From positions 1-41,675 of the IMG/VR virus record IMGVR_UViG_3300012982_000007: 41,675 bases of DNA; one strand, 5' to 3'. This document shows, piece by piece, positions 25,553 through 33,926 of the stretch. The notes under the pieces were generated by a model. The model had not been told where the DNA came from and searched no databases. It was given only the letters and a program-made list of their open reading frames with translations. The stretch is from a virus. Lineage: Duplodnaviria > Caudoviricetes. The position numbers were made by a program, and so were the translations under genes. Position 1 is the first letter of the stretch; the number at the start of each line of letters is the position of its first letter.

Positions 25553-25861
25553 ATGGATTACTCTATCTCGATCGACCTCGGGGGGCGCGCCGTAACGGTG
25601 CGTCCCCTCACCCTCGGCCAAATGCAGAAGTACGAGGCCCCAATCCTCGCACTGGCCGAGACCAACCCGGACGGCGGCAGCTACCTTCGCAAGATGGTGG
25701 CACTCTTGCCGCTCGTTGCCGAATGCACGGGCCTCCCCGAAGACGAGATCGGTGCGTTGGTCAATATCCGCAACTTTCCGGAAGTCTGGCGCGCGATCAT
25801 GAGCGTTGCCGGCCTGGCCTCGGCTACGCCGGGGGAAGTCACGCCCCAGTCGGTCAACTAG
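25553..25861 (+). CDS. tail assembly chaperone (G-like)
   Basis: Between tube and tape measure genes; slippery G GGG GAA at 25831-25837. Confidence 0.8.
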   Translation: MDYSISIDLGGRAVTVRPLTLGQMQKYEAPILALAETNPDGGSYLRKMVALLPLVAECTGLPEDEIGALVNIRNFPEVWRAIMSVAGLASATPGEVTPQSVN

Positions 25862-26121
25862 CCGACTGGGGGCTGATTTACTGGCAGGTCATCGCGGCTA
25901 CTGGCTGGACCTGGGATGAGGTGGACCGGCTCACGCTCCACCGCCTGCGCATGATGCAGACCGCCTGGGTCCAGTTCCCTCCCCTCCACGTGCTGGTCCG
26001 CGGCTTCGTTGGCTACGAGGCACCGGATGAGCGTCCTCACGACGTGCCGCTCGAACCGGCGAAAGACCGCGCCGAACTCCCCGAATACATCCGTTCGGCG
26101 GTGAAGAAACCCCATGCCTGA
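25831..26121 (+). CDS. tail assembly chaperone -1 frameshift extension (GT-like)
   Basis: Open -1 frame from GGGGGAA: ...GWTWDEVDRLTL...PPLH... Confidence 0.75.
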   Translation, partial: GGSHAPVGQLADWGLIYWQVIAATGWTWDEVDRLTLHRLRMMQTAWVQFPPLHVLVRGFVGYEAPDERPHDVPLEPAKDRAELPEYIRSAVKKPHA

Positions 26122-28600
26122 CGACGAGCTACGCATTAAGACGCGTGTAGACCTCTCCGGCCTCAACCAAGGCATGGAGCAGGCCGCCAGCGTCACGAAG
26201 CAAGCCAGCCAGCAGATGGCGGATGCACTCGGCGGAGCCACGTCCGCGTCCGAGGCGTTGAAGGAGGCCCAGGTCGAACTGGCCGGCATCCTGAAGGCTG
26301 GCGGCGGAACCATTGGGGAGAACAATGCCCTCTGGAGCCTGTACCAAGAGACGCTGGCGCGCGTCGCTGAGCTACAACAGCAGGTAGCGGCGACGGCGAC
26401 CACTGAGGCGGCCGCGACTCATGCGGCAGCCGCGGCGGCGGTCGAGGCCACGGCCGCGAATGACGCGCAATCGGCATCGCTGATTCGCCTGCGCCCGCGC
26501 CTGTCCGCCAACAGCAGCGGCCTCCGCCTGGCGGCGTCCGGGTCGGGCGACCTGGCCGCCATCGCCGGCATCGCGGCGGTTGCGCTGGGCGTCCACATGG
26601 CGGACTCGGCCATGACCGCCGACCTCGCGCTGAAGCGCATGAACGAGGATACCGGCATCAGCGTGGTCAAGCTGGCCGAGTTGCAGGAGGTGGCCCGTAC
26701 CGCCGGCGTGAATGGCGACGATCTGGCGGGGACGTTCACTCACCTGCAGGAGAAGATCGCGCTGGTCAACGATGGCAACCGAAGGGCCATCAACGAGTTT
26801 CGGCAGCTCGGCATCAGCGAAAAGGATCTGCACGGCGGTCACATCGACCTGATAAGCCTGATGTCCCGTATCTCGCTCGGGCTGCACGCGCAGACCGGCA
26901 ATGCTCTTGCCGCAGCTGCCGCCACGGAACTACTCGGGGCCAAGGGCCGCGACCTGACCGCCGTCTTGGCTGACAACAGCGTCGCACTCGATGCCCAGCT
27001 TGGGCAGTACGCGCAACTGGCGGGCCTGAAGCAGAGCAACGTCCAAGTTTCCGCCCAGCTACAGGTAGAGGAAGCGAAACTCACTCAGGCGTGGCAGTCG
27101 GCCGAGCAAGGCGTGCTGCCAGCCTTCACCGAAGCACTTCACTGGCTTTATATTGCCTTTGATAAGGTCGCCACCGTCATAGACAAGGCGATGGTCGAGC
27201 TGAGCGCCCTGCTTAACTTTGCTGCGCATCCCACTCAGTTTCGCGAGATTGGGGCGCAGGCGAAGGCGGCGGTGGATGAACTCGACGCATTGCTAAAGAG
27301 CGACGAGGCCACGATGGAAGGTTCCGGGCCTTCCTCTAAGCCGACCGGCAGTGGCAAGGGCGGCGGTGCGCTTCCACTGATCGACAAGCACCACGCCCAC
27401 AAAAAGGACCCGGCCATAGCTGCGGCAGTGCGCGTCCTGAATGACTTAATAAGGGCCGATCAGGAAGCCGCCCATAAGATCGCCGAAGCCTGGAAAAAGT
27501 CAAATGAGGCCATCGCCCGATCCGCGCAAAAAGAACTGGACCGCATAACCGAGGGCGACCACAAGGCCGCTGCCGACATGCAGGCCATCTCGCGCGCGCG
27601 GGCGATGGCGTCCATTGCCGACACCCAGCAGGCCGCACTCGCCAAGATCGCCATCGAACGCGACCGCGTCAACAGCGAGGCGCAACTCGGAACGATCAGC
27701 GCGCAGCAGAAGGTCGCCGCACTCGCACAGCTTGAGCAGCGCGAATTCCAGATCAAGCAACAGGCGTTGCAGCGCAAGCAGGCGCTGGTCGAACAATACG
27801 CCGCCGCCGATCCGACCAATCCCAAGTACGTCAGCCAGCTCATCCAGTTACACACGCAGATAGAAGCTCTCACGCAGACGCACGAACTGAAGATGCAGCA
27901 GCTCTCCGAACAAGCCGCCGTGGCGCATATGAAGCGGTGGACCGAGATCGGCCAGACCATTAACCGCACCTTCGACCAGTCCATCAAGGGCGTCATCATG
28001 GGCACCCAGTCGCTGACTCAGGCGTGGCGCCGGATGGGTCTGGACATGCTGGCGAGCACAATTGACACACTCGAAAAAATAATCATGAAGCACATCATCC
28101 ATGCGGCCGCTGCCACCGCCGTGCATGGAGCCGCCGTCCAGATACAGACGGCACAGACGGCCGCCGGAGCGGCGGAACAGACGGCTATCGGCTTCGTGGC
28201 GACCATGAAGAAGGTCACGCAGGACGCCGTGAAGGCCGCGACGGGTGCCTACCAGGCACTGGTTGGAATACCGATCATCGGGCCGATTATCGCTCCGCCA
28301 GCGGCAGCCGCCACATTCGCCGCAGTGGAAGGGTTCGGTGCGCTGGCCTCTGCCTCTGGCGGCTACTGGCAGGTTCCGGGCGACATCATGGCCAACATCC
28401 ACAAGGACGAGATGGTGTTGCCATCTTGGGCAGCGGGAGGGCTGCGGGACATGATTGAGGGCGGCGGCGGCAAGGGAGGAAGCACCACCAACGTCCATAT
28501 CCACGCGGCCGACGCCAAGAGCTTTGCCGACATGCTGCAGCGACACGGCAGCACCCTCGCCATGGCAATTAAGCGCCTTGCGCGCAATGGGGGGCTGTAG
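26114..28600 (+). CDS. tape measure protein
   Basis: 828 aa, Ala/Gln-rich helical; C-terminal ASGGYW...IHKDEMVLP. Confidence 0.9.
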   Translation: MPDDELRIKTRVDLSGLNQGMEQAASVTKQASQQMADALGGATSASEALKEAQVELAGILKAGGGTIGENNALWSLYQETLARVAELQQQVAATATTEAAATHAAAAAAVEATAANDAQSASLIRLRPRLSANSSGLRLAASGSGDLAAIAGIAAVALGVHMADSAMTADLALKRMNEDTGISVVKLAELQEVARTAGVNGDDLAGTFTHLQEKIALVNDGNRRAINEFRQLGISEKDLHGGHIDLISLMSRISLGLHAQTGNALAAAAATELLGAKGRDLTAVLADNSVALDAQLGQYAQLAGLKQSNVQVSAQLQVEEAKLTQAWQSAEQGVLPAFTEALHWLYIAFDKVATVIDKAMVELSALLNFAAHPTQFREIGAQAKAAVDELDALLKSDEATMEGSGPSSKPTGSGKGGGALPLIDKHHAHKKDPAIAAAVRVLNDLIRADQEAAHKIAEAWKKSNEAIARSAQKELDRITEGDHKAAADMQAISRARAMASIADTQQAALAKIAIERDRVNSEAQLGTISAQQKVAALAQLEQREFQIKQQALQRKQALVEQYAAADPTNPKYVSQLIQLHTQIEALTQTHELKMQQLSEQAAVAHMKRWTEIGQTINRTFDQSIKGVIMGTQSLTQAWRRMGLDMLASTIDTLEKIIMKHIIHAAAATAVHGAAVQIQTAQTAAGAAEQTAIGFVATMKKVTQDAVKAATGAYQALVGIPIIGPIIAPPAAAATFAAVEGFGALASASGGYWQVPGDIMANIHKDEMVLPSWAAGGLRDMIEGGGGKGGSTTNVHIHAADAKSFADMLQRHGSTLAMAIKRLARNGGL

Positions 28601-28603
28601 ACC

Positions 28604-29233
28604 GTGGGAAATGCCATCTTTCCGGCCCCGTGGACGGTTCCAGACCCGAACACGCCACAGTTGACGTGGAGCATCAAGCGGGCGCCAGCGTGGAAGACAC
28701 TCGCCCAGCATTCGGTGAGTGGCCGCAGTTTCCGCACCCCGCTCTGGCAGAACCCGCTCTGGCGATGGGAGCTGACCTACGCCTACCTGCGCAACGACCC
28801 CAACCGCACCGATGAGAATGGTTACACGCAGCTTCAGTCCCTCGCCGGCTTCTACTTGGCGCGCCAGGGCGGATACGACAGCTTCCTGTTCCAAGACCCG
28901 GACGACAACGCCGTCCAAGGGCAGCCGCTTGGGTTGGGCGACGGCGCCACGACGCTCTTCCAGCTTCGCCGCCAGTTCGGGCCGTTTACCGAACTGATCC
29001 AGGCACCAGCCGGGACACCGGTGGTCTACCTGAACGGGGCCGCAACGACCGGCTTCACGATGAACTCGACGGGCGGCGTGGTCTTCGCGGTCGCGCCCGG
29101 GTCTGGCGTGCATGTGACCGCTGACTTCACATTCTACTTCCCATGCGTGTTTGAGGACTCGCTCGACCTCGAAAACTTCATGCACCAGCTTTGGAGCGCG
29201 CAGAAGGTGGCGATTCAGCAGGTGCGCCTATGA
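28604..29233 (+). CDS. distal tail protein (DUF2460-like)
   Basis: GFYLARQG...FLFQDP...GDGATTLFQL...TADFTFYFPCVF. Confidence 0.85.
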   Translation: MGNAIFPAPWTVPDPNTPQLTWSIKRAPAWKTLAQHSVSGRSFRTPLWQNPLWRWELTYAYLRNDPNRTDENGYTQLQSLAGFYLARQGGYDSFLFQDPDDNAVQGQPLGLGDGATTLFQLRRQFGPFTELIQAPAGTPVVYLNGAATTGFTMNSTGGVVFAVAPGSGVHVTADFTFYFPCVFEDSLDLENFMHQLWSAQKVAIQQVRL

Positions 29234-30114
29234 AAACAGCATCGGCGGCGCTCAAGGCGCTCCTGTTCGACGCCCAGCAGAACGCCCTCACCCAGCTCAT
29301 CTTTGCCGACCTGTGGACGATCACGCTGGTCACTGGCACCGTCTACCGCTACACCTCCGGTGACGGAAACCTGACCTACGGGGGCAATACCTTCCTTGCC
29401 GATGACCTGCAGATCGCCCGGGCGGCCATCAAGAGCACGACCGGCCTTGAGGTGGCGACACTTGACCTCAAGGTGACGCCCGACCCGGCCGGCGCGGCAA
29501 CAATCAGCGGCGTACCGGCGCTGCAGGCTATCGCCCAGGGCGACCTCGACGGGGCCACGGTGCGGCTGGAGCGGGCCTTCATGCCGGCCTACGGGACAAC
29601 GACGCCCGGGACCGTCGTGCTGTTCGTGGGCATCGTGACTGAGATTTCGAACGTTGGCCGCAGCAGCGCCGACCTGACCGTCAGCAGCATGCTCTACCTG
29701 CTCAATGTGCCCCTGCCGCGCAACCTGATTCAGCCGGGATGCCGGTGGACGCTGTTCGACGCCGGCTGCACGCTTTCGAAGGCCGCCTATGCCGTGAATG
29801 GCGCTGTGGCCGCCGGCAGCAACCAGGTGACGATCAAGTCCGGACTGACGCAGGCGGACCAGTATTTCCAGCTTGGGACCATCAACTTCACGAGCGGCGT
29901 CAACAACGGGCTGAGCCGCGGCGTGCGGAGCTACCTGAACGCCGGCGGGGCGGTGACACTGAACTTGGGAGTTCCCACCGTTCCGAGCGTGGGCGACACG
30001 TTCACGATTTACCCGGGGTGCGACAAGCAGCAGAGCACCTGCAGCGGGAAGTTCGCCAACCTAATAAACTTCGGTGGGATGCCTTTCGTCCCGACCCCAG
30101 AGACAATTCTGTAG
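29230..30114 (+). CDS. baseplate hub / tail tip protein (DUF2163/BR0599-like)
   Basis: CRWTLFDAGC...PGCDK...C...KF.N..NFGGMPFVP Cys pattern. Confidence 0.88.
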   Translation: MKTASAALKALLFDAQQNALTQLIFADLWTITLVTGTVYRYTSGDGNLTYGGNTFLADDLQIARAAIKSTTGLEVATLDLKVTPDPAGAATISGVPALQAIAQGDLDGATVRLERAFMPAYGTTTPGTVVLFVGIVTEISNVGRSSADLTVSSMLYLLNVPLPRNLIQPGCRWTLFDAGCTLSKAAYAVNGAVAAGSNQVTIKSGLTQADQYFQLGTINFTSGVNNGLSRGVRSYLNAGGAVTLNLGVPTVPSVGDTFTIYPGCDKQQSTCSGKFANLINFGGMPFVPTPETIL

Positions 30115-30138
30115 CTGAAACTATTATATAATGGTCGC

Positions 30139-30945
30139 ATGAAACCTCGGAAATGGACCGTCTATGCGCTGCTCGATTCAAGCGGAACGCCAGAGTACGT
30201 CGGGCGCACTATCTCGCTGAAACGAAGGCTCAAGGAGCACGGAACAAGGCTTGGTCGGAAGCCGTCGTATTGGGTTCTTGAGCAGGGGGAATGTGAGGAG
30301 TGTTTTGATCTGGCCGAGCAGCGCTGGATAGAAACACTCAACCGGTCTGGCTTGATTCTTCAAAACGCGACGGAGGGCGGAAGAAGGGGGCGGTGGATTT
30401 CAGAGAAGTCGCGTCGGCAACTCTCCGAAGCCGTGACAGGAAGGCCTGTGACCTGGGGCGACAAAATAAGCGCGGCACAGCGAGGCAAAAAGAAAAACTG
30501 GTCCAAGGAGGGGCGCGAGAGAGTGATGGCAGCCGCCAAGCTTGCCCGGAGATCTTTCTGGGAACCGATGACTACAGAGGAGCGAAGCGCTTTCGCCAAG
30601 AGCCGTTCGGCCGCGTTCTGGGAAAGGCTTTCGCCGGAAGAGAGATCGCGCATGGCATCGGAGCGGAACAGGGAGGCATGGGGACGAAGAACGCATGACG
30701 AGAGATCTGCAATCGGGAAGAAGATCGCCGCCGCCCGGAAGGCAAGTGGCCGAGAGCCAAAAAACGGGAAGTACGAACGCACGACCGCGCAGCGTGAGGC
30801 TGTCGGACGTGGAGTCAAGGAATTTTGGAAAAAGATAAACCCAGAGGAGCGCGCGAAGTTCTTGGCGAGACGCGGAGCGTCCATCAGCGAAGCCAAGAAA
30901 GCAAAGAGGCAGAAACTCGCGCAGCTGTCGTCTCCGAGGCGCTGA
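30139..30945 (+). CDS. free-standing GIY-YIG homing endonuclease
   Basis: VYAL...YVGRT...RRLKEH...AEQRWI...NATEGG; NUMOD3-like and W-x4-5-EER repeats; basic; interrupts the tail-tip gene cluster. Confidence 0.85.
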   Translation: MKPRKWTVYALLDSSGTPEYVGRTISLKRRLKEHGTRLGRKPSYWVLEQGECEECFDLAEQRWIETLNRSGLILQNATEGGRRGRWISEKSRRQLSEAVTGRPVTWGDKISAAQRGKKKNWSKEGRERVMAAAKLARRSFWEPMTTEERSAFAKSRSAAFWERLSPEERSRMASERNREAWGRRTHDERSAIGKKIAAARKASGREPKNGKYERTTAQREAVGRGVKEFWKKINPEERAKFLARRGASISEAKKAKRQKLAQLSSPRR

Positions 30946-31325
30946 CCTGGCAAGCCACGCCGTGGCGGCCAAACGCGAGGGTCAAGGGCTCCGGTGTGGA
31001 TTGCTCGACCTTCCTGCTGGAGGTATACGAACGAGCCGGCCTGATCGAGCACTACGAGCCGCCGTTTGCGCCGCAGCAGTGGCACTGCCACCAGTCGCGG
31101 GAGTTATTTCTGGAACAGGTCGAGCGGTTCGCGCATCGGGTGGAGATCCCGAAGCCGGGGGATGCGGTTCTGTTTAAGTACGGGAGGACGTATAGCCACG
31201 GGGCCATCGTGATTGAGTGGCCCACGGTGATCCACGCGCTGATTCGCTCGACGGTGCAACTGGCCCGGGCTGACCAAGATCCGCTTCGGTCGGCGCCGAC
31301 TCTCTTCTTTTCGGTCTTCGCATGA
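30825..31325 (+). CDS. NlpC/P60 tail-tip peptidase
   Basis: RAAVVSEALTWQATPW...GVDCS...SHGAI...IHA; only usable start is TTG 30825 inside the endonuclease gene. Confidence 0.85.
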   Translation: MEKDKPRGAREVLGETRSVHQRSQESKEAETRAAVVSEALTWQATPWRPNARVKGSGVDCSTFLLEVYERAGLIEHYEPPFAPQQWHCHQSRELFLEQVERFAHRVEIPKPGDAVLFKYGRTYSHGAIVIEWPTVIHALIRSTVQLARADQDPLRSAPTLFFSVFA

Positions 31326-33919
31326 GCCTATTCGGCAACAGTAACCGGCCCATCTCAGTCCAGCAGCCCGAGTTGCGCGGCTACCGGGCGACCACGTCGG
31401 TCTTCGGGGCGCCGATCCCGCTGGTCTACGGGCAGAACCGCATCGCGGGCTCGGTCATCTGGTACGGCGACTGGCAGGCGATCCCGGTGCAGCAGGCGAC
31501 CTACGGTAAGGGCGGTCCATCAGCCGCTGCTGGAAACCAGTGGACCTATCAGGCCGCGCTCATCATCGCGCTCTGCCAAGGCCCGATTGTCGGCATGGGC
31601 AACGTCTGGGACGGCACGAGCGAGCTGAACCTCGTGAGCGCGGGCGAGAACTACACGATCCCGAACGGCGGCGGCAGCTATCAGGTTGTCAACCACGCCA
31701 ACTTTGCACACGACTGGGGCGGTGCCCGGCAGGACCCCTACAGCGTCACCGCCAACGACTACGGCTCGCCCGGAGCCGTCACTCTCGCGGGAACGCAGAA
31801 GACCCCGATGACGCTGACCGGCGGAGCGCCGGGGGCTGGGCAGTACTCCCTCAACGCCGCGACCGGCACCTATACTTTCAGTGCGGCCGACGCGGGCAAG
31901 ACGGTAGTTATTAACTACGTCTATTCAATACCTAACTCGAACAGCAACGGGCTACCGACAAATGTCTTGAGCCTGTCGCTGTTCACCGGCTCGCAGGGGC
32001 AGGCGGCGTGGGGATACATGACATCGAACCACCCGAGTCAAGCCTTGGGTTACACCGAAGTCGCCTACGTCACCAATCCGACGTTTGCGCTCGGCAGTTC
32101 GGGGAGCTTGCCCAACCTCACATTCGAGATCATGGGACTCAAGCGGTTCGGAGCCGGGATCGTGGACGCCCTGCCGACCGACGTGATTTACGACCTGCTG
32201 ACGGCCTCCTACGGGGCGCTGATCCCTGCGTCCTACGTGGGCGACATGACAGCGGTCAAGAATTACTGTTTGGCCAATGGAATCTTCATCTCGCCAGCGA
32301 TTACCGGGCAGCAGTCGGCATCCGAACTCATCAAGAGCTACCTGATGGCGGCCAATGCCGAGGCGGTATGGAGCGAGGGCCTGATCAAGTTTGTCAGCCG
32401 GGGCGACACCACGGCGGTGGGCAACGGGGCAACCTTCACGCCCTCGACGCAACCGATCTACGACCTCGATGATGATGACTTCTTGGAGTCCGGTTCGAGC
32501 GATCCCGTCCAAGTCATGCGGCCGAGCGTGGCCGACGCCTATAACTCAATCAAGTTGCAGTGGTCGAACCGGTCCAATTCCTACAACCACGAGACGATTG
32601 AGGAGAAGGATGATTGGAGCATCGGCGTCTACGGGCTGCGCGCGCTGTCGCCGGTGACGGCGGACTTCATCTGCACGCAGGCGGTGGCGCAGGCCGTCGC
32701 CAACACGATGCTCAAAAACAGCGTCTACGTGCGGGCGCAGTACAAGTTCACGCTCGGCTGGCAGTACTGCCTGCTGGAGCCGATGGACATGGTGACGATC
32801 ACGGACGTTGCACTCGGTCTGAACAAGGCCCCCGTGCGCATCCTGAGCATCGAGGAAAACGACAACGGCGACCTGGCCTTCACGGCAGAGGAGTTCCCGT
32901 GGTCGGTGTCGGCGCCGACGCTGTACCCCAAGCAGGGCGTGACGCCCTACGTGCCGCAGGCTACGGCCGACCCGGGGAACTCGAATACCCCCATCGTCTT
33001 CGAACTGACCAACAGAATCAGCGGGCAGAAGGGCTACACGCTGGGAGTGGGCGTCTCCGGCGGCGCGAACTGGGGCGGATGCCACGTCTGGATGAGCACC
33101 GACAACCTCACCTATAAGCAGATCGGAGAGATCGCCGGCAACTCCCGAATGGGAGTCCTGCTGGCCGCGCTCGCGGCCCATGCCGATCCAGACACTACCG
33201 ACACGCTCAGTATTGACCTTGGAGAGAGCCGCGGGCAGTTGAGCAGCGGCACACAGGCGAACGCCGACGCCTTCCTGACGCTCTGCCTCGTTGACAACGA
33301 ACTACTGAGCTTCGAAACGGCGACCCTTGCCACCGGGAACCAATACAACCTGACCTATCTGCGCCGCGGCATCCTCGGCAGCACCGTGGGCGCGCATGCA
33401 ATTGGCGCGGCCTTCCTACGCATCGACGATGCAGTCTTTCAGTACGGGTTTGACCCCACGCTGATCGGTAAGACGATCTACCTCAAGTTCACGGGCTTCA
33501 ACCCCTATGGGCTCATGGAACAGGCGCTGGCGAACGTCACGGCGCACAGCTACACCATCCAGGGGCTGAGCACTGGCGTGGTGGACCTCTCGACCGGCAA
33601 CGTCAACGCCCCCGTGGTGCAGGTCGGAGGAAAAAACGTGGCCATCGCCCCGATCTTGGCAACCGAGAGCGTGACGGGTGCGACGCTGGCAGCCGGCGGC
33701 GCTTCAACCACCGTGACGTTTACCGATGCTCAGGTGACGGCGGTAAAGACAACGCAGTCGATCACGCCAACGCCGGTTGGAACGTACCCGGCCAGTTGGT
33801 ACGGAATCAGTTGGAATTGGACGATACCGGCAAACGGCAGCGTCGAAATCACGATCGTGAACAACACAACCGCGAGCATTACCTACGCGACGCTGAGTTT
33901 TAATCTCTCTATTTCCTGA
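31322..33919 (+). CDS. central tail tip / host-specificity (J-like) protein
   Basis: PIPLVYGQNRIAG, LCQGPI, LEPMD, LRRG motifs of the GTA-like tip family. Confidence 0.88.
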   Translation: MSLFGNSNRPISVQQPELRGYRATTSVFGAPIPLVYGQNRIAGSVIWYGDWQAIPVQQATYGKGGPSAAAGNQWTYQAALIIALCQGPIVGMGNVWDGTSELNLVSAGENYTIPNGGGSYQVVNHANFAHDWGGARQDPYSVTANDYGSPGAVTLAGTQKTPMTLTGGAPGAGQYSLNAATGTYTFSAADAGKTVVINYVYSIPNSNSNGLPTNVLSLSLFTGSQGQAAWGYMTSNHPSQALGYTEVAYVTNPTFALGSSGSLPNLTFEIMGLKRFGAGIVDALPTDVIYDLLTASYGALIPASYVGDMTAVKNYCLANGIFISPAITGQQSASELIKSYLMAANAEAVWSEGLIKFVSRGDTTAVGNGATFTPSTQPIYDLDDDDFLESGSSDPVQVMRPSVADAYNSIKLQWSNRSNSYNHETIEEKDDWSIGVYGLRALSPVTADFICTQAVAQAVANTMLKNSVYVRAQYKFTLGWQYCLLEPMDMVTITDVALGLNKAPVRILSIEENDNGDLAFTAEEFPWSVSAPTLYPKQGVTPYVPQATADPGNSNTPIVFELTNRISGQKGYTLGVGVSGGANWGGCHVWMSTDNLTYKQIGEIAGNSRMGVLLAALAAHADPDTTDTLSIDLGESRGQLSSGTQANADAFLTLCLVDNELLSFETATLATGNQYNLTYLRRGILGSTVGAHAIGAAFLRIDDAVFQYGFDPTLIGKTIYLKFTGFNPYGLMEQALANVTAHSYTIQGLSTGVVDLSTGNVNAPVVQVGGKNVAIAPILATESVTGATLAAGGASTTVTFTDAQVTAVKTTQSITPTPVGTYPASWYGISWNWTIPANGSVEITIVNNTTASITYATLSFNLSIS

Positions 33920-33926
33920 GAACACC

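Noticed and set aside
15702-29185. Long minus-strand ORFs (15702-16727, 17525-18679, 21956-23026, 27848-29185)
   Set aside because: Antisense to terL, portal, capsid and tape measure; no motifs or RBS; expected from GC3 bias.
30114-30945. Group I intron or intein housing the endonuclease
   Set aside because: Only 24 nt separate it from the upstream stop and it overlaps the downstream gene, leaving no room for a ribozyme core; no intein splice motifs.
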